Shown in pieces: positions 1-8,294 of a DNA stretch of 64,000 nucleotides. Origin of the DNA: Minisyncoccota bacterium (GTDB lineage: Bacteria; Patescibacteriota; Minisyncoccia; Phycocordibacterales; JAACPR01); contig JBAYWG010000001.1 in NCBI GenBank assembly GCA_041674225.1, positions 169,401 through 233,400 of the forward strand. Reading direction: 5' to 3'. The notes beneath the pieces are model-generated. The model did not search any database and had not been told where the DNA came from. It saw only the letters and a list, made by a program, of their open reading frames with translations. Numbering within the stretch: position 1 is the stretch's first letter; every line of letters begins with the position of its first letter. Both the position numbers and the translations under genes were made by a program.

Positions 1-695
1 GTTGAAGGTAGCTTATTTCTGTCGATCTGATATCCGTTCTCATGAACTCGATCAAAGACTTCCTCTCCAAACACTCGAATGAGTGTTTCAGAACTGAGCC
101 GTGAACGACCCGGCGCATCCGTCACCGTAAAGTGATAGGACTTGAGACCAGTTTTCACGATACTTGCAGCCGTAAGGTAAGCAGCAGCGAAAAGACCGTA
201 TTGAGGATCTTCATCAGTGTCTCCACCTTCTGATTCAGGCACCATCATGCGAAGTTCTTCCGCAATTTTGATATCCATCTCAGCCTGACTCCTTTGAAGA
301 ACGTAGTTATCCACCACATCTCCAAAAATAGAACTGATGATCTGCAAATCGTAACGAGCCAAAGGTGCACCAACAGCCTCCATCAAAAGATGGTAAGCTC
401 GAGGCAATGAATCGAACGCAAGTTGAACATTGTGTCCCATGGACCCTGTAGTATCAAACAGAGTTTCAAGCAACATCGCTTGCGCGACATTGAGCCGAAA
501 CCACTTTTCCAACACATGCTCAAAACGATTCCTTGAGAACCTAATTCCGCCAAATCCTTTCGGATCGACTAGTTCATGCAGACCTTTGCCTTCCCGGTGA
601 CGCTGTTTACCGATTAAGGTTGCATCGCCACCACTTCTCTTTACTTCTTCAAAAACTTCAGCAAATGCAGCCTTAGTTGGTTTATTTTCTCCCAT
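1..695 (-). CDS. Partial CDS (5' part; continues beyond the window start). Hypothetical protein, possibly vWA-like (DTTGSM resembles a MIDAS DxSGSM motif)
   Basis: Open frame on the minus strand running from the window start to ATG at 695 (MGENKPTKAAFAEVFEEVKRSGGDATLIGKQRHREGKGLHELVDPKGFGGIRFSRNRFEHVLEKWFRLNVAQAMLLETLFDTTGSMGHN...). GC is ~50%, much higher than the window average. The vWA call rests on one motif and is weak. Confidence 0.35.
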   Translation of the reverse strand, partial: MGENKPTKAAFAEVFEEVKRSGGDATLIGKQRHREGKGLHELVDPKGFGGIRFSRNRFEHVLEKWFRLNVAQAMLLETLFDTTGSMGHNVQLAFDSLPRAYHLLMEAVGAPLARYDLQIISSIFGDVVDNYVLQRSQAEMDIKIAEELRMMVPESEGGDTDEDPQYGLFAAAYLTAASIVKTGLKSYHFTVTDAPGRSRLSSETLIRVFGEEVFDRVHENGYQIDRNKLPS

Positions 696-731
696 AATTT
701 TATTTTTGGTTTTTGGTTTGTTTTTGTATAT

Positions 732-1556
732 TCACGGCAGGATAGAATAAGCCGTAAAATTATGAAATCCAGAAGGCCAGAGTTCAAGTACTGTTGTGTA
801 AAATTGCGTATGCGCTTTTCCAGCATCAGACTCGACACCCTTAGTAAACTTCATGAGAAGTTTTTCATAGACATCACTGCCACCGTATTGATCATCAGCT
901 GGAAGTTTTCCAGTTTTCAAATCTCCACCTAGTGCAGTGATTGTAAGTTGTGCAGCTCGTGCAATCTGTTCAGAAACCCTTTTAGGTTCCAAAACCATGT
1001 TTGAAACAATTGAATTGCTCCAATCAAAAACAACAACACGATGGTTGTCTCGATTGATTAGAACATTGTCTCCACTGAACTGAACACTCACACCAATGTT
1101 GCATGCAAAATCAAGAAGCTTAAGTTGCTTCCCCATAATCCATACACTTGTTTTGGGATCTACACGAATTTTCTCACGAGCAGAAAGATGACCGAGTGGC
1201 ACAAGGTCACTCAGACTTTTCGCTACTCTTGATAAATCCAAGATAAGAACGTTTCTGTCTCCCTGCTCCTTCGAAATAAAACTTTCGAGAAGAAAAGGGA
1301 AAGACTTGTCGTACTGAAACGTATTTTCTGGATCAATTCTTTCGACACCATCCTGCAGAGTTTGCAGAACAAATGCCTCTAGATCAAGTTTTCCATTGTG
1401 CGTCTTTTCACGAGCAATCTTCAGGATTCCGGGTTTACAATCTTCCAGAATACACTCGTAAAGGGTAAAACTTTCTGTTTGACCCAAACGCTCACCAACT
1501 TCGTACTGAGCCGTGGGGCTTTGTATAAACTGAGCCGTAAAAGGTTTAGTTTTCAT
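732..1556 (-). CDS. Hypothetical protein with protein-kinase-like/APH-like fold motifs (SGDNVLINRDNHRVVVFDWSNS resembles HGDxxxxN...DFE catalytic/Mg loops; ILKIAREK may carry the ATP-binding Lys)
   Basis: 274-aa ORF, high GC like the upstream partial gene. Motif-level resemblance only. Confidence 0.4.
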   Translation of the reverse strand: MKTKPFTAQFIQSPTAQYEVGERLGQTESFTLYECILEDCKPGILKIAREKTHNGKLDLEAFVLQTLQDGVERIDPENTFQYDKSFPFLLESFISKEQGDRNVLILDLSRVAKSLSDLVPLGHLSAREKIRVDPKTSVWIMGKQLKLLDFACNIGVSVQFSGDNVLINRDNHRVVVFDWSNSIVSNMVLEPKRVSEQIARAAQLTITALGGDLKTGKLPADDQYGGSDVYEKLLMKFTKGVESDAGKAHTQFYTTVLELWPSGFHNFTAYSILP

Positions 1557-1645
1557 TGAGTTTTTGATTCTTTGGTTGATTATTAAAGATCTATTTTTAG
1601 GTTAAATTTTAGCTCTTTATATATATAAAATGGTGTTTTGTCAAT

Positions 1646-2929
1646 ATGAGCCATATCACAAAAAATAAACAATATGCTACGATACCAGCAATGAGCGCGG
1701 ATGTATGGGATGTAATAGTAATAGGTGGCGGACCAGCCGGAATGATGGCGGCGGGTCGTGCTGCAGAGCGAGGAAAAAAAGTCCTACTAATAGAGAAAAA
1801 TGATTCGCTTGGAAAAAAACTACTTATCACAGGAGGTGGTCGTTGTAATGTGACAAATGCAGAGCTCGACACCAGAAAATTATTATCAAAATTCAAAGAC
1901 GGAGGAAAATTTCTTTTTTCATCTTTTGCAGAATGGAATGTGCAAAATACTTTGGATTTTTTTCATACTAGAAATATGCCAACTAAAATTGAAAAAGAAT
2001 TGCGCGTCTTCCCTGTTTCCGACAAAGCACAATCAGTTTGGAATGTTTTAGTTGATTATATTAAAAAAAATAAAGTCACAATTCTTTCTGATTCCCCTGT
2101 TTCAGATTTTGTTTTAGAAGACGGAAAAATAGTTGGGGTGAAAGTGAAAAAAGATATTATCAAAGGTAAAAGTTTTATCCTGGCCACAGGAGGAACATCT
2201 AGACCGGAAACAGGTTCTACAGGTGACGGTTTCAAATGGCTTAAAAAAATTGGTCACACTGTAATAGAACCGGTTCCTTCTCTTGTGCCAATCGCCGCAA
2301 AAGATATTTGGATAAAAAGATTGTCTGGTGTGAGTCTGAATGACATAAAATTAACAGTCACACAAAACGGCGAGAAACAAAGTGTTCAAAAAGGAAGAAT
2401 TCTTTTTACTCATGTCGGCATTAGTGGACCAACAATTTTAAATATGTCCAAAGATATCGGTGAACTTCTGAAATATGGAGAGGTAAAAATTCTTTTGGAT
2501 CTTTTGCCAAATCATGATCACGCCAAATTAAATTCTACTCTTCAAGAAATTTTTAAAGAGAACGACAAAAAGAATTTCAAAAATTCCCTTTCAGGATTAA
2601 TTCCTTCTGCAATGATTCCAATAATTACTGAACTTTCAAAAATAGATCCGGATATCAAATGCAACAGCATCACTCGAGAATCACGAATGAAATTGATTGA
2701 ACTTCTAAAAAATATTCCACTAAATGTGCATAAATTACTTGGGGTTGATAAAGCAATTATTTCAAGCGGTGGAGTTTTACTCGACGAAGTAGATTTCAAA
2801 ACAATGTCATCGAGAATTTACCCGAATCTATTTTTAATTGGAGACATTCTAAACATCGACAGACCGAGTGGTGGCTATAGTTTGCAGTTGTGTTGGACAA
2901 CGGGTTTTGTCGCTGGGAATTCTATTTAA
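1646..2929 (+). CDS. HI0933-family FAD-dependent flavoprotein (NAD(FAD)-utilizing dehydrogenase / aminoacetone-oxidase family)
   Basis: N-terminal DVIVIGGGPAGMMAAGRAAERGKKVLLIEKN dinucleotide-binding motif followed by LLITGGGRCNVTN, and GDGFKWL later. These are typical HI0933-like features. The true start may be the internal Met at ~1691 (MSADVWDVIVIGGG). Confidence 0.8.
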   Translation: MSHITKNKQYATIPAMSADVWDVIVIGGGPAGMMAAGRAAERGKKVLLIEKNDSLGKKLLITGGGRCNVTNAELDTRKLLSKFKDGGKFLFSSFAEWNVQNTLDFFHTRNMPTKIEKELRVFPVSDKAQSVWNVLVDYIKKNKVTILSDSPVSDFVLEDGKIVGVKVKKDIIKGKSFILATGGTSRPETGSTGDGFKWLKKIGHTVIEPVPSLVPIAAKDIWIKRLSGVSLNDIKLTVTQNGEKQSVQKGRILFTHVGISGPTILNMSKDIGELLKYGEVKILLDLLPNHDHAKLNSTLQEIFKENDKKNFKNSLSGLIPSAMIPIITELSKIDPDIKCNSITRESRMKLIELLKNIPLNVHKLLGVDKAIISSGGVLLDEVDFKTMSSRIYPNLFLIGDILNIDRPSGGYSLQLCWTTGFVAGNSI

Positions 2930-2961
2930 TAAAGAAAACTCACACGAATGTGAGGGTGACT

Positions 2962-3213
2962 TTAGCGCAAAAAATCTTGCACTAAAACCAAAAGATCTGA
3001 TTCGACTTTTTCAGGATTACTTGCGCAACGCAAAATTTCCCCAAGTGAAACGATAGCGACAGCCTGACCTTCCGACCAGACTTTCATAACTGCCTTGCCT
3101 TTCGAATCAAGGATATTGTATCCGCCGCCTTCTCCACCTTTCCACGAATGGTCGGTGGCAGACAGAATGCATTCCACCAACTCTAAATGTTCCAATTGAT
3201 TTTTAGTTCTCAT
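2962..3213 (-). CDS. Hypothetical small protein (83 aa)
   Basis: ORF co-directional with and downstream of the hydrolase gene. It competes with a 62-aa plus-strand ORF (2868..3056). No recognisable motifs. Confidence 0.3.
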   Translation of the reverse strand: MRTKNQLEHLELVECILSATDHSWKGGEGGGYNILDSKGKAVMKVWSEGQAVAIVSLGEILRCASNPEKVESDLLVLVQDFLR

Positions 3214-3253
3214 TTAAAACCAACCTACAACAAAATTTACAGAAAGTGAATAG

Positions 3254-3811
3254 CTATATATTTTTCACAAACATTTTTTCTAACTCCTCCAAAACTTCAG
3301 GAAGTTTTTTCCAACCAGCAGATCCATTCAAGTGAACTCCGTTCGGGATAATAATAGGTTCTTTGTCTAATTTGTCTCCAAGTTTATAAGCATTTTCTAC
3401 AACAACCAAAGTGTCATTATCTCCATGAATTATCGACACGTCTTTTAGATTTGATTTTATAATTTCAAAATCAAAGTCTTTATAAAAATTTTCAGTAAGC
3501 GGGTTATTTGATTTTTCAAATCTACCTGCAACCAGAACTGCTCCCGGAAAACTTTTATCAGAATTTTGCAGATAATTTAAAATAGCAGCAACACCTAAAC
3601 TATGCCCAACAAAATATATTTCATCATTTTTATTTAAACCCACATGTCTAGAAATTTCATTAACCCACTCTGAACATATCGGAGCCTCTGGATTTGGCAT
3701 AGCCAAAGAACAGGCGTATACATCTTTTAATTTTAATTCCCCCATAAGCCAAGGAATCCAACTACTGTTTGGGCAACTATTAAAACCATGAATTATAAAT
3801 ACTTTTTTCAT
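3254..3811 (-). CDS. Alpha/beta-hydrolase, YdeN/RBBP9-like serine hydrolase
   Basis: MKKVFIIHGFNSCPNSSW...YFVGHSLGVAAIL nucleophile elbow (GHSLG). Size ~185 aa, typical of the YdeN/serine-hydrolase family. Confidence 0.7.
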   Translation of the reverse strand: MKKVFIIHGFNSCPNSSWIPWLMGELKLKDVYACSLAMPNPEAPICSEWVNEISRHVGLNKNDEIYFVGHSLGVAAILNYLQNSDKSFPGAVLVAGRFEKSNNPLTENFYKDFDFEIIKSNLKDVSIIHGDNDTLVVVENAYKLGDKLDKEPIIIPNGVHLNGSAGWKKLPEVLEELEKMFVKNI

Positions 3812-3872
3812 AAAAATAGTTTAACACAAACAAAAAAAGCCTTGAAACAAGACCCCTTTTGTTTTTTATAAA

Positions 3873-4013
3873 TTACTTTCCGTTAAGAGCCTTTTTTCGA
3901 GCTGCTGGTTTTAATGCTTTGATTCTTAGCATTTCCTTCTTTTTTGCAATTCGTGTTGGGCCTCTCTTAATAAAGCTTGTCTTTGCTTTGATTGATCCTG
4001 ATCTTTTTGCCAT
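3873..4013 (-). CDS. Small highly basic protein (46 aa, MAKRSGSIKAKTSFIKRGPTRIAKKKEMLRIKALKPAARKKALNGK), ribosomal-protein-like composition
   Basis: Translated by hand from the minus strand. Below the 60-aa cut-off of the ORF track. Sits in an otherwise empty 250-nt gap. Product identity unknown. Confidence 0.3.
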   Translation of the reverse strand: MAKRSGSIKAKTSFIKRGPTRIAKKKEMLRIKALKPAARKKALNGK

Positions 4014-4059
4014 AGGTAAATGAGTATATATTAAATTTAATTAAAATGCCACAGCGGGT

Positions 4060-4605
4060 TTAATTACGAACTTTTTCAGGAGACAAGAAAGTGAGTGCCA
4101 TTTCAATCCCTCTCATTTCACCCTTTAAACCTAGAGCAGTTTTTTGAGTCTCTTCGAATGTGTCTAAAGAACCTCCCGCTGGCACATTTTCTTTACCACC
4201 ATAACTTTCAATTTGAGCTTCTCTGTTGTAACGAACATCCGGTGCAGCAATAAGTCTTTCCTGCATTTTTATAATAGAAGCATACAAATTATTCAAACCA
4301 GCACCGCCTCCTGTTTGCTCAAACAATTCAAAAATTGATTTTACATTCACTTCAAATGCAGATAATTTTTTAAGCAATTCCGCAAACGCTTTTCTATGTA
4401 TCATATCGCTATAGACATTTCCATCAGTATAATTATGCGGACTCGTCATCTCAAACTGATGCAAAGCCGGCGCCACTTCTTTTTCAAATTCTTTTGTTAT
4501 TCCTTCCAAAACTTCAATTCTTTCGTTCAAGCTCTCAAATGACTCAGCCTTTGCTGGCTCTAATTCTTGTGGTAATTGATCTCTGCCAAATTTAAAGTTT
4601 TCCAT
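4060..4605 (-). CDS. Hypothetical protein (181 aa)
   Basis: Clean ORF in a co-directional gene string. No motifs recognised. Confidence 0.5.
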   Translation of the reverse strand: MENFKFGRDQLPQELEPAKAESFESLNERIEVLEGITKEFEKEVAPALHQFEMTSPHNYTDGNVYSDMIHRKAFAELLKKLSAFEVNVKSIFELFEQTGGGAGLNNLYASIIKMQERLIAAPDVRYNREAQIESYGGKENVPAGGSLDTFEETQKTALGLKGEMRGIEMALTFLSPEKVRN

Positions 4606-4624
4606 AATCGAATTATATTATGTT

Positions 4625-5170
4625 TTACTTATTCCACAACGGCTTTTTCTTTAAAGTTTTAGCGTAAATTGGGCAGTCTTTTGTATGTGCTCTAGGCAAA
4701 ATTCCGATACTCATCAAAAATTCATTCACTATTTCCCCGCCGGTAAATTTAAAAGTTTTCTTAAACAATTTCACCCATTCATCTTTTGTTTTGGGGTGAT
4801 TTATTTTTAACCAATTCTCAAAACTTTCAAAATCTTTTTGAATTTGAATAATTGTTTTTGCGTTTTCAATTGCTGCATTTATTTTTAGTCTATTGCGAAT
4901 AATTCCAGCATCATTCATAAGTCGCATTCTATCTTTCTCTGTATATTTCGCAATTTTTTTAATATCAAAATTACTATACGCTTTTCGAAAGGTTTCTTCT
5001 TTTTTCAAAATAGTTTCCCAACTCAAACCAGCTTGATTGATTTCTAAAATTAATCGACAAAATAATTCATTATCATCATGAATTGGAAAACCATACTGAG
5101 TATCGTGATATTTTTTGTGAATATTTTTCTTCGCTTCTGGAGCGGTGAGTATAAATTGACAGTATGACAT
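4625..5170 (-). CDS. tag: DNA-3-methyladenine glycosylase I
   Basis: KYHDTQYGFPIHDDNELFCRLILEINQAGLSWETIL matches the Tag signature (YHDxEWG...E.LxLExxQAGLSW). Start placed at the internal Met (MSYCQF..., ATG at 5170) rather than the 5242 ORF start. Confidence 0.85.
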   Translation of the reverse strand: MSYCQFILTAPEAKKNIHKKYHDTQYGFPIHDDNELFCRLILEINQAGLSWETILKKEETFRKAYSNFDIKKIAKYTEKDRMRLMNDAGIIRNRLKINAAIENAKTIIQIQKDFESFENWLKINHPKTKDEWVKLFKKTFKFTGGEIVNEFLMSIGILPRAHTKDCPIYAKTLKKKPLWNK

Positions 5171-5238
5171 TACTAGATTGTAACAAAAAATAAAAAAGAC
5201 CCCATCCAAAATTGGACGGGTCTTATTATAGAACAATA

Positions 5239-6066
5239 TCACACGGGGAGACCGGACTTTTGATACCCCTTGAGTATCAATTCCCTACATCGATTGAATG
5301 ATTTTTCAAAATCACCACTCAATTCTCCATCTTTCATAATTGAGATAAAGTGAGGTGGAAAATATTGAGTCCTGGTAGAAATTATTTCAGAGAAACTCTT
5401 CGTTTTAGTCTCTTCAGACATTCCCCAAAAAACCTCCGCGGCTTCAAAATTTTGTTTTGATTCAAACCAATAACCAAGATAGGAAAAAATTCTTTTAGGG
5501 TTGACGCGTTGATGAACCAGCATTCCGCCTATTTCAGTAAAAACATAAGCAAAATCGTCTTGAAGGTTTTTGTTTGGTTGAAATTTACCCAACACAGACA
5601 AAACTTCAACCAGATTTCCCATTTCTTCGCCAACGGTCAACGCCAATAATTCATAGGCCGGAACTTTTTCATTAAAAGCAATTGAGAATGAATCTCCTGC
5701 CCTGATTTTGTCATAGACTTCGATTAGAAGGGCTTTATGTTCTTCGAAAGAAACCTTTTCACTAATGAGCTTCAGGTTGGTCAGGATTGGTACATCCGAC
5801 CTAATTCCTTCGGCAATCAGGTTATACATTTTCCTCCGATCTTGATCCAGATCTTTTTCTCTAACCAGTTTTTGAAGATGATAGCTGATAAGAGGTCCTT
5901 GTGAATGATCTTCCAAACCTTCTTGGGAGATCTCGGTAACCGATGTCGGGTAAATAGACTTAGACCTCAAAGCTTCACAGACCTTGTCCATATCCTCCGC
6001 ATCCATTATTCCTTCCACCAAACCACCTCCATCGGATTTAAATCCAGTATATTTGAATCTTTTCAT
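5239..6066 (-). CDS. Hypothetical soluble protein. The N-terminus weakly resembles the cytoplasmic N-domain of PilC/GspF (FKYTGFKSDGGGLVEGIMDAEDMDKVCEALRSKSIYPTSV)
   Basis: 275-aa ORF with higher GC than its neighbours. No TM segments, so it is not a complete PilC. Confidence 0.45.
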   Translation of the reverse strand: MKRFKYTGFKSDGGGLVEGIMDAEDMDKVCEALRSKSIYPTSVTEISQEGLEDHSQGPLISYHLQKLVREKDLDQDRRKMYNLIAEGIRSDVPILTNLKLISEKVSFEEHKALLIEVYDKIRAGDSFSIAFNEKVPAYELLALTVGEEMGNLVEVLSVLGKFQPNKNLQDDFAYVFTEIGGMLVHQRVNPKRIFSYLGYWFESKQNFEAAEVFWGMSEETKTKSFSEIISTRTQYFPPHFISIMKDGELSGDFEKSFNRCRELILKGYQKSGLPV

Positions 6067-6257
6067 CTGTTTTCTCTATATTTGATTATTTCTTTACTTA
6101 AAGGTAGCCACTTGGAAACCTATTTCAATTTTGAGGTTAAACCTTTTGTAAGTGGTCGTCAAGGATTGAAATCAAATCCACTGAACCATTAAAGCAACTG
6201 GTCTTTGGCTTCAAAATATGTAATATAGTGCCAGAACAGAACTTCGCATAATAAAAA

Positions 6258-6938
6258 ATGATAAACCTAGAAGAATTAAACTCCGAATTGGAGGTTTTAC
6301 CACCGACAGACATTGTCCGTCACGCATTCAAAAACTTATTTGGAGACAGGCTTGTAGTAGCGTCTTCTTTTGGTGCTGACTCTGCTGTCATGCTTCACAT
6401 GGCAACACAAATCAATCCTCGGATACGAGTAATAATGATCGATACTGGATATCTTTTTCCGGAGACTCACGAGTATGTAATTACGCTTAAAGAAAGATTA
6501 AAGCTCAATCTGCACGTGTTTTATGGAAAAGAAACTCCCGAGGAGATGGAACGCAACCATGGGCAGCTTTGGGAATATGGTGAGGAAGGATTAAGCCTCT
6601 ACCACTCAATTCGAAAAGTTGAACCACTCAGGAGAGCGATTCAACAATTGAAAGTGAAAGGTATCCTCCATGGAGTCAGAAGAGATCAGACGGAACATCG
6701 TTCAAATTTGAACGTTATTGAAAGAGGATATGATGGAACATTCAAAATTCATCCGATTCTGAAATGGACTTCGCGAGATATTCGCAGCTACAATAAGACT
6801 CACAACCTACCGGAACATCCACTGTTTCTTCAAGGTTACGAATCAATTGGTGACATTCATAGCACAAAACCAGGTGAACGCCGCAGTGATCGAGATCTCG
6901 GAGAGAGTGATGAATGTGGGATAAATTATCAGATTTGA
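6258..6938 (+). CDS. cysH: Phosphoadenosine phosphosulfate (PAPS/APS) reductase family protein
   Basis: VVASSFGADSAVMLHMA (PP-loop-like SxGxDS), HPILKWTSRDIRSY, C-terminal ECGI..., all typical of CysH-type reductases. Confidence 0.75.
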   Translation: MINLEELNSELEVLPPTDIVRHAFKNLFGDRLVVASSFGADSAVMLHMATQINPRIRVIMIDTGYLFPETHEYVITLKERLKLNLHVFYGKETPEEMERNHGQLWEYGEEGLSLYHSIRKVEPLRRAIQQLKVKGILHGVRRDQTEHRSNLNVIERGYDGTFKIHPILKWTSRDIRSYNKTHNLPEHPLFLQGYESIGDIHSTKPGERRSDRDLGESDECGINYQI

Positions 6939-6966
6939 TTTGTGATTCAATTTCACAAATCAAAAA

Positions 6967-6996
6967 GCGCACGACTTCGTCGTGCGCTTTTTTTCT
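6967..6996 (+). terminator. Rho-independent terminator (9-bp perfect stem gcgcacgac/gtcgtgcgc, loop ttc, T-run), bidirectional between cysH-like gene and 7006..7341
   Basis: Read directly from the sequence. Confidence 0.7.
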
Positions 6997-7005
6997 TTTT
7001 AATTT

Positions 7006-7341
7006 TTATTTATCCCCTTTCCCAAACACCATCGAAATCAGAGCAAGCAAAACTCCAAAGAATAAAGCTGACCAAAATCCTGCAACTTCAAATCCAGACA
7101 CAACGTAATCAGTTAGCATCACCATTAATGCAGTGATCACCAATGAGAAAAGTCCCAAGGTCACAATGTTTATCGGCAAAGTTAAAATTGTAATTATAGG
7201 TCTTACAAAAGTGTTAACGATTGCTAAAACTACAGCTACAATAAGTGCGGTAAAGAAACCACCAACAAAAACTCCTGGTAACAAATATGCGGCAATTATC
7301 ACAGCAAGTGCGGACAAAATAAGATTAATTATTATTTTCAT
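7006..7341 (-). CDS. Small 4-TM membrane protein of the YvlD/DUF360 (phage-holin-4-like superfamily) type
   Basis: 111 aa, four hydrophobic helices, LLPGVFVGGFFTALIVAVVLAIVNTFVRP motif characteristic of DUF360. Confidence 0.5.
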   Translation of the reverse strand: MKIIINLILSALAVIIAAYLLPGVFVGGFFTALIVAVVLAIVNTFVRPIITILTLPINIVTLGLFSLVITALMVMLTDYVVSGFEVAGFWSALFFGVLLALISMVFGKGDK

Positions 7342-7433
7342 ATTGTTTATATTATTGATTAATTAGTTATATATCCATTATAGCAAATTTAAACCATATA
7401 ACTTTTATCTCCAAAATATAATAGAATACAACT

Positions 7434-8294
7434 ATGCAAATAAAACGCCTTCTAAAAATAAGCCGACCGAGATTTTGGATTTATGAAATAGGTCCTTATA
7501 TTGTAGGAATTGCAGCAGCAGCGGGTATAACACTGAACGCGTGGCTTTTAATCCCCGCGATCATATTTTTCTTTTTTTTCACATATCCAGCAAATATTTT
7601 TATCTACGGAATTAATGACATTTTTGATTACGAAACAGATAAATTAAATCCAAAAAAAATATCCTACGAATCTCTTGTAATGCCGGAAGAGTGGCCAAAG
7701 CTTTGGAAAAATATTATTTTGTTTTGTGCGCCTTTTTTAGTCTATGGATTTTTTGTTTTAAATATTCAAAGCTTCATCGCGCTTCTGGCTTTCTTTTTCT
7801 TTGCGGGATTTTATTCATCTACACCGATCCGTGCAAAAGCTCGTCCTTTTTTAGACAGTATTTTTAGTGCAGGACATTATGTTGCTACAGCCGTGTTTTC
7901 ATATTTGATGATTAATTATTTTTTAAATCAAGAAATTACTTGGGTTAATCTCGCGATTGGCACACTTGCAGGAATGTTTTGGGCTATAGCTATGCATGCA
8001 TATTCCGCAGTTCCGGATATTCAAGCAGACAGAGATGCAAAACTAGAAACCATTGCTACAAAGTTAGAAAAAAATAAAACAATAATTTTATGCTCAGTTC
8101 TTTATGCACTTTCTGGAATTCTTGCTTTCAAATTTTTAGGGATAGTCAGCATTATCCTTTCACTTGTTTATGTTGTATTTATGATCAAATCAATCAAAAC
8201 AACAGACGAACAACTTTTCAAAATTTATACTTATTTCCCAAAAATAAATTCTCTTTCAGGAATGATTATTTTCTTTTCAGTTTTACTTAATTAG
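7434..8294 (+). CDS. UbiA-family aromatic/polyprenyl prenyltransferase (membrane). Given its neighbours, a candidate lycopene elongase or carotenoid/prenyl-lipid prenyltransferase
   Basis: NDIFDYETDKLNPKK (NDxxDxxxD motif) and multiple TM helices. Convergent with crtI. Confidence 0.7.
   Translation: MQIKRLLKISRPRFWIYEIGPYIVGIAAAAGITLNAWLLIPAIIFFFFFTYPANIFIYGINDIFDYETDKLNPKKISYESLVMPEEWPKLWKNIILFCAPFLVYGFFVLNIQSFIALLAFFFFAGFYSSTPIRAKARPFLDSIFSAGHYVATAVFSYLMINYFLNQEITWVNLAIGTLAGMFWAIAMHAYSAVPDIQADRDAKLETIATKLEKNKTIILCSVLYALSGILAFKFLGIVSIILSLVYVVFMIKSIKTTDEQLFKIYTYFPKINSLSGMIIFFSVLLN

Noticed and set aside
1609-1896. 95-aa minus-strand ORF overlapping the start of the HI0933-like gene
   Set aside because: It lies antisense within a well-supported flavoprotein gene, has low-complexity Pro/Ser-rich translation and no motifs. 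Treated as a spurious antisense ORF. The same reasoning applies to 2542..2799, 5905..6192, 6742..6972, 9080..9292, 13033..13302, 17728..17940, 42964..43368, 45073..45537, 47317..47628 and 62502..62999.
6070-6257. Possible riboswitch/leader upstream of the cysH-like gene
   Set aside because: No recognisable S-box/SAM or other riboswitch consensus seen by eye. The region is AT-rich and looks like an ordinary promoter.
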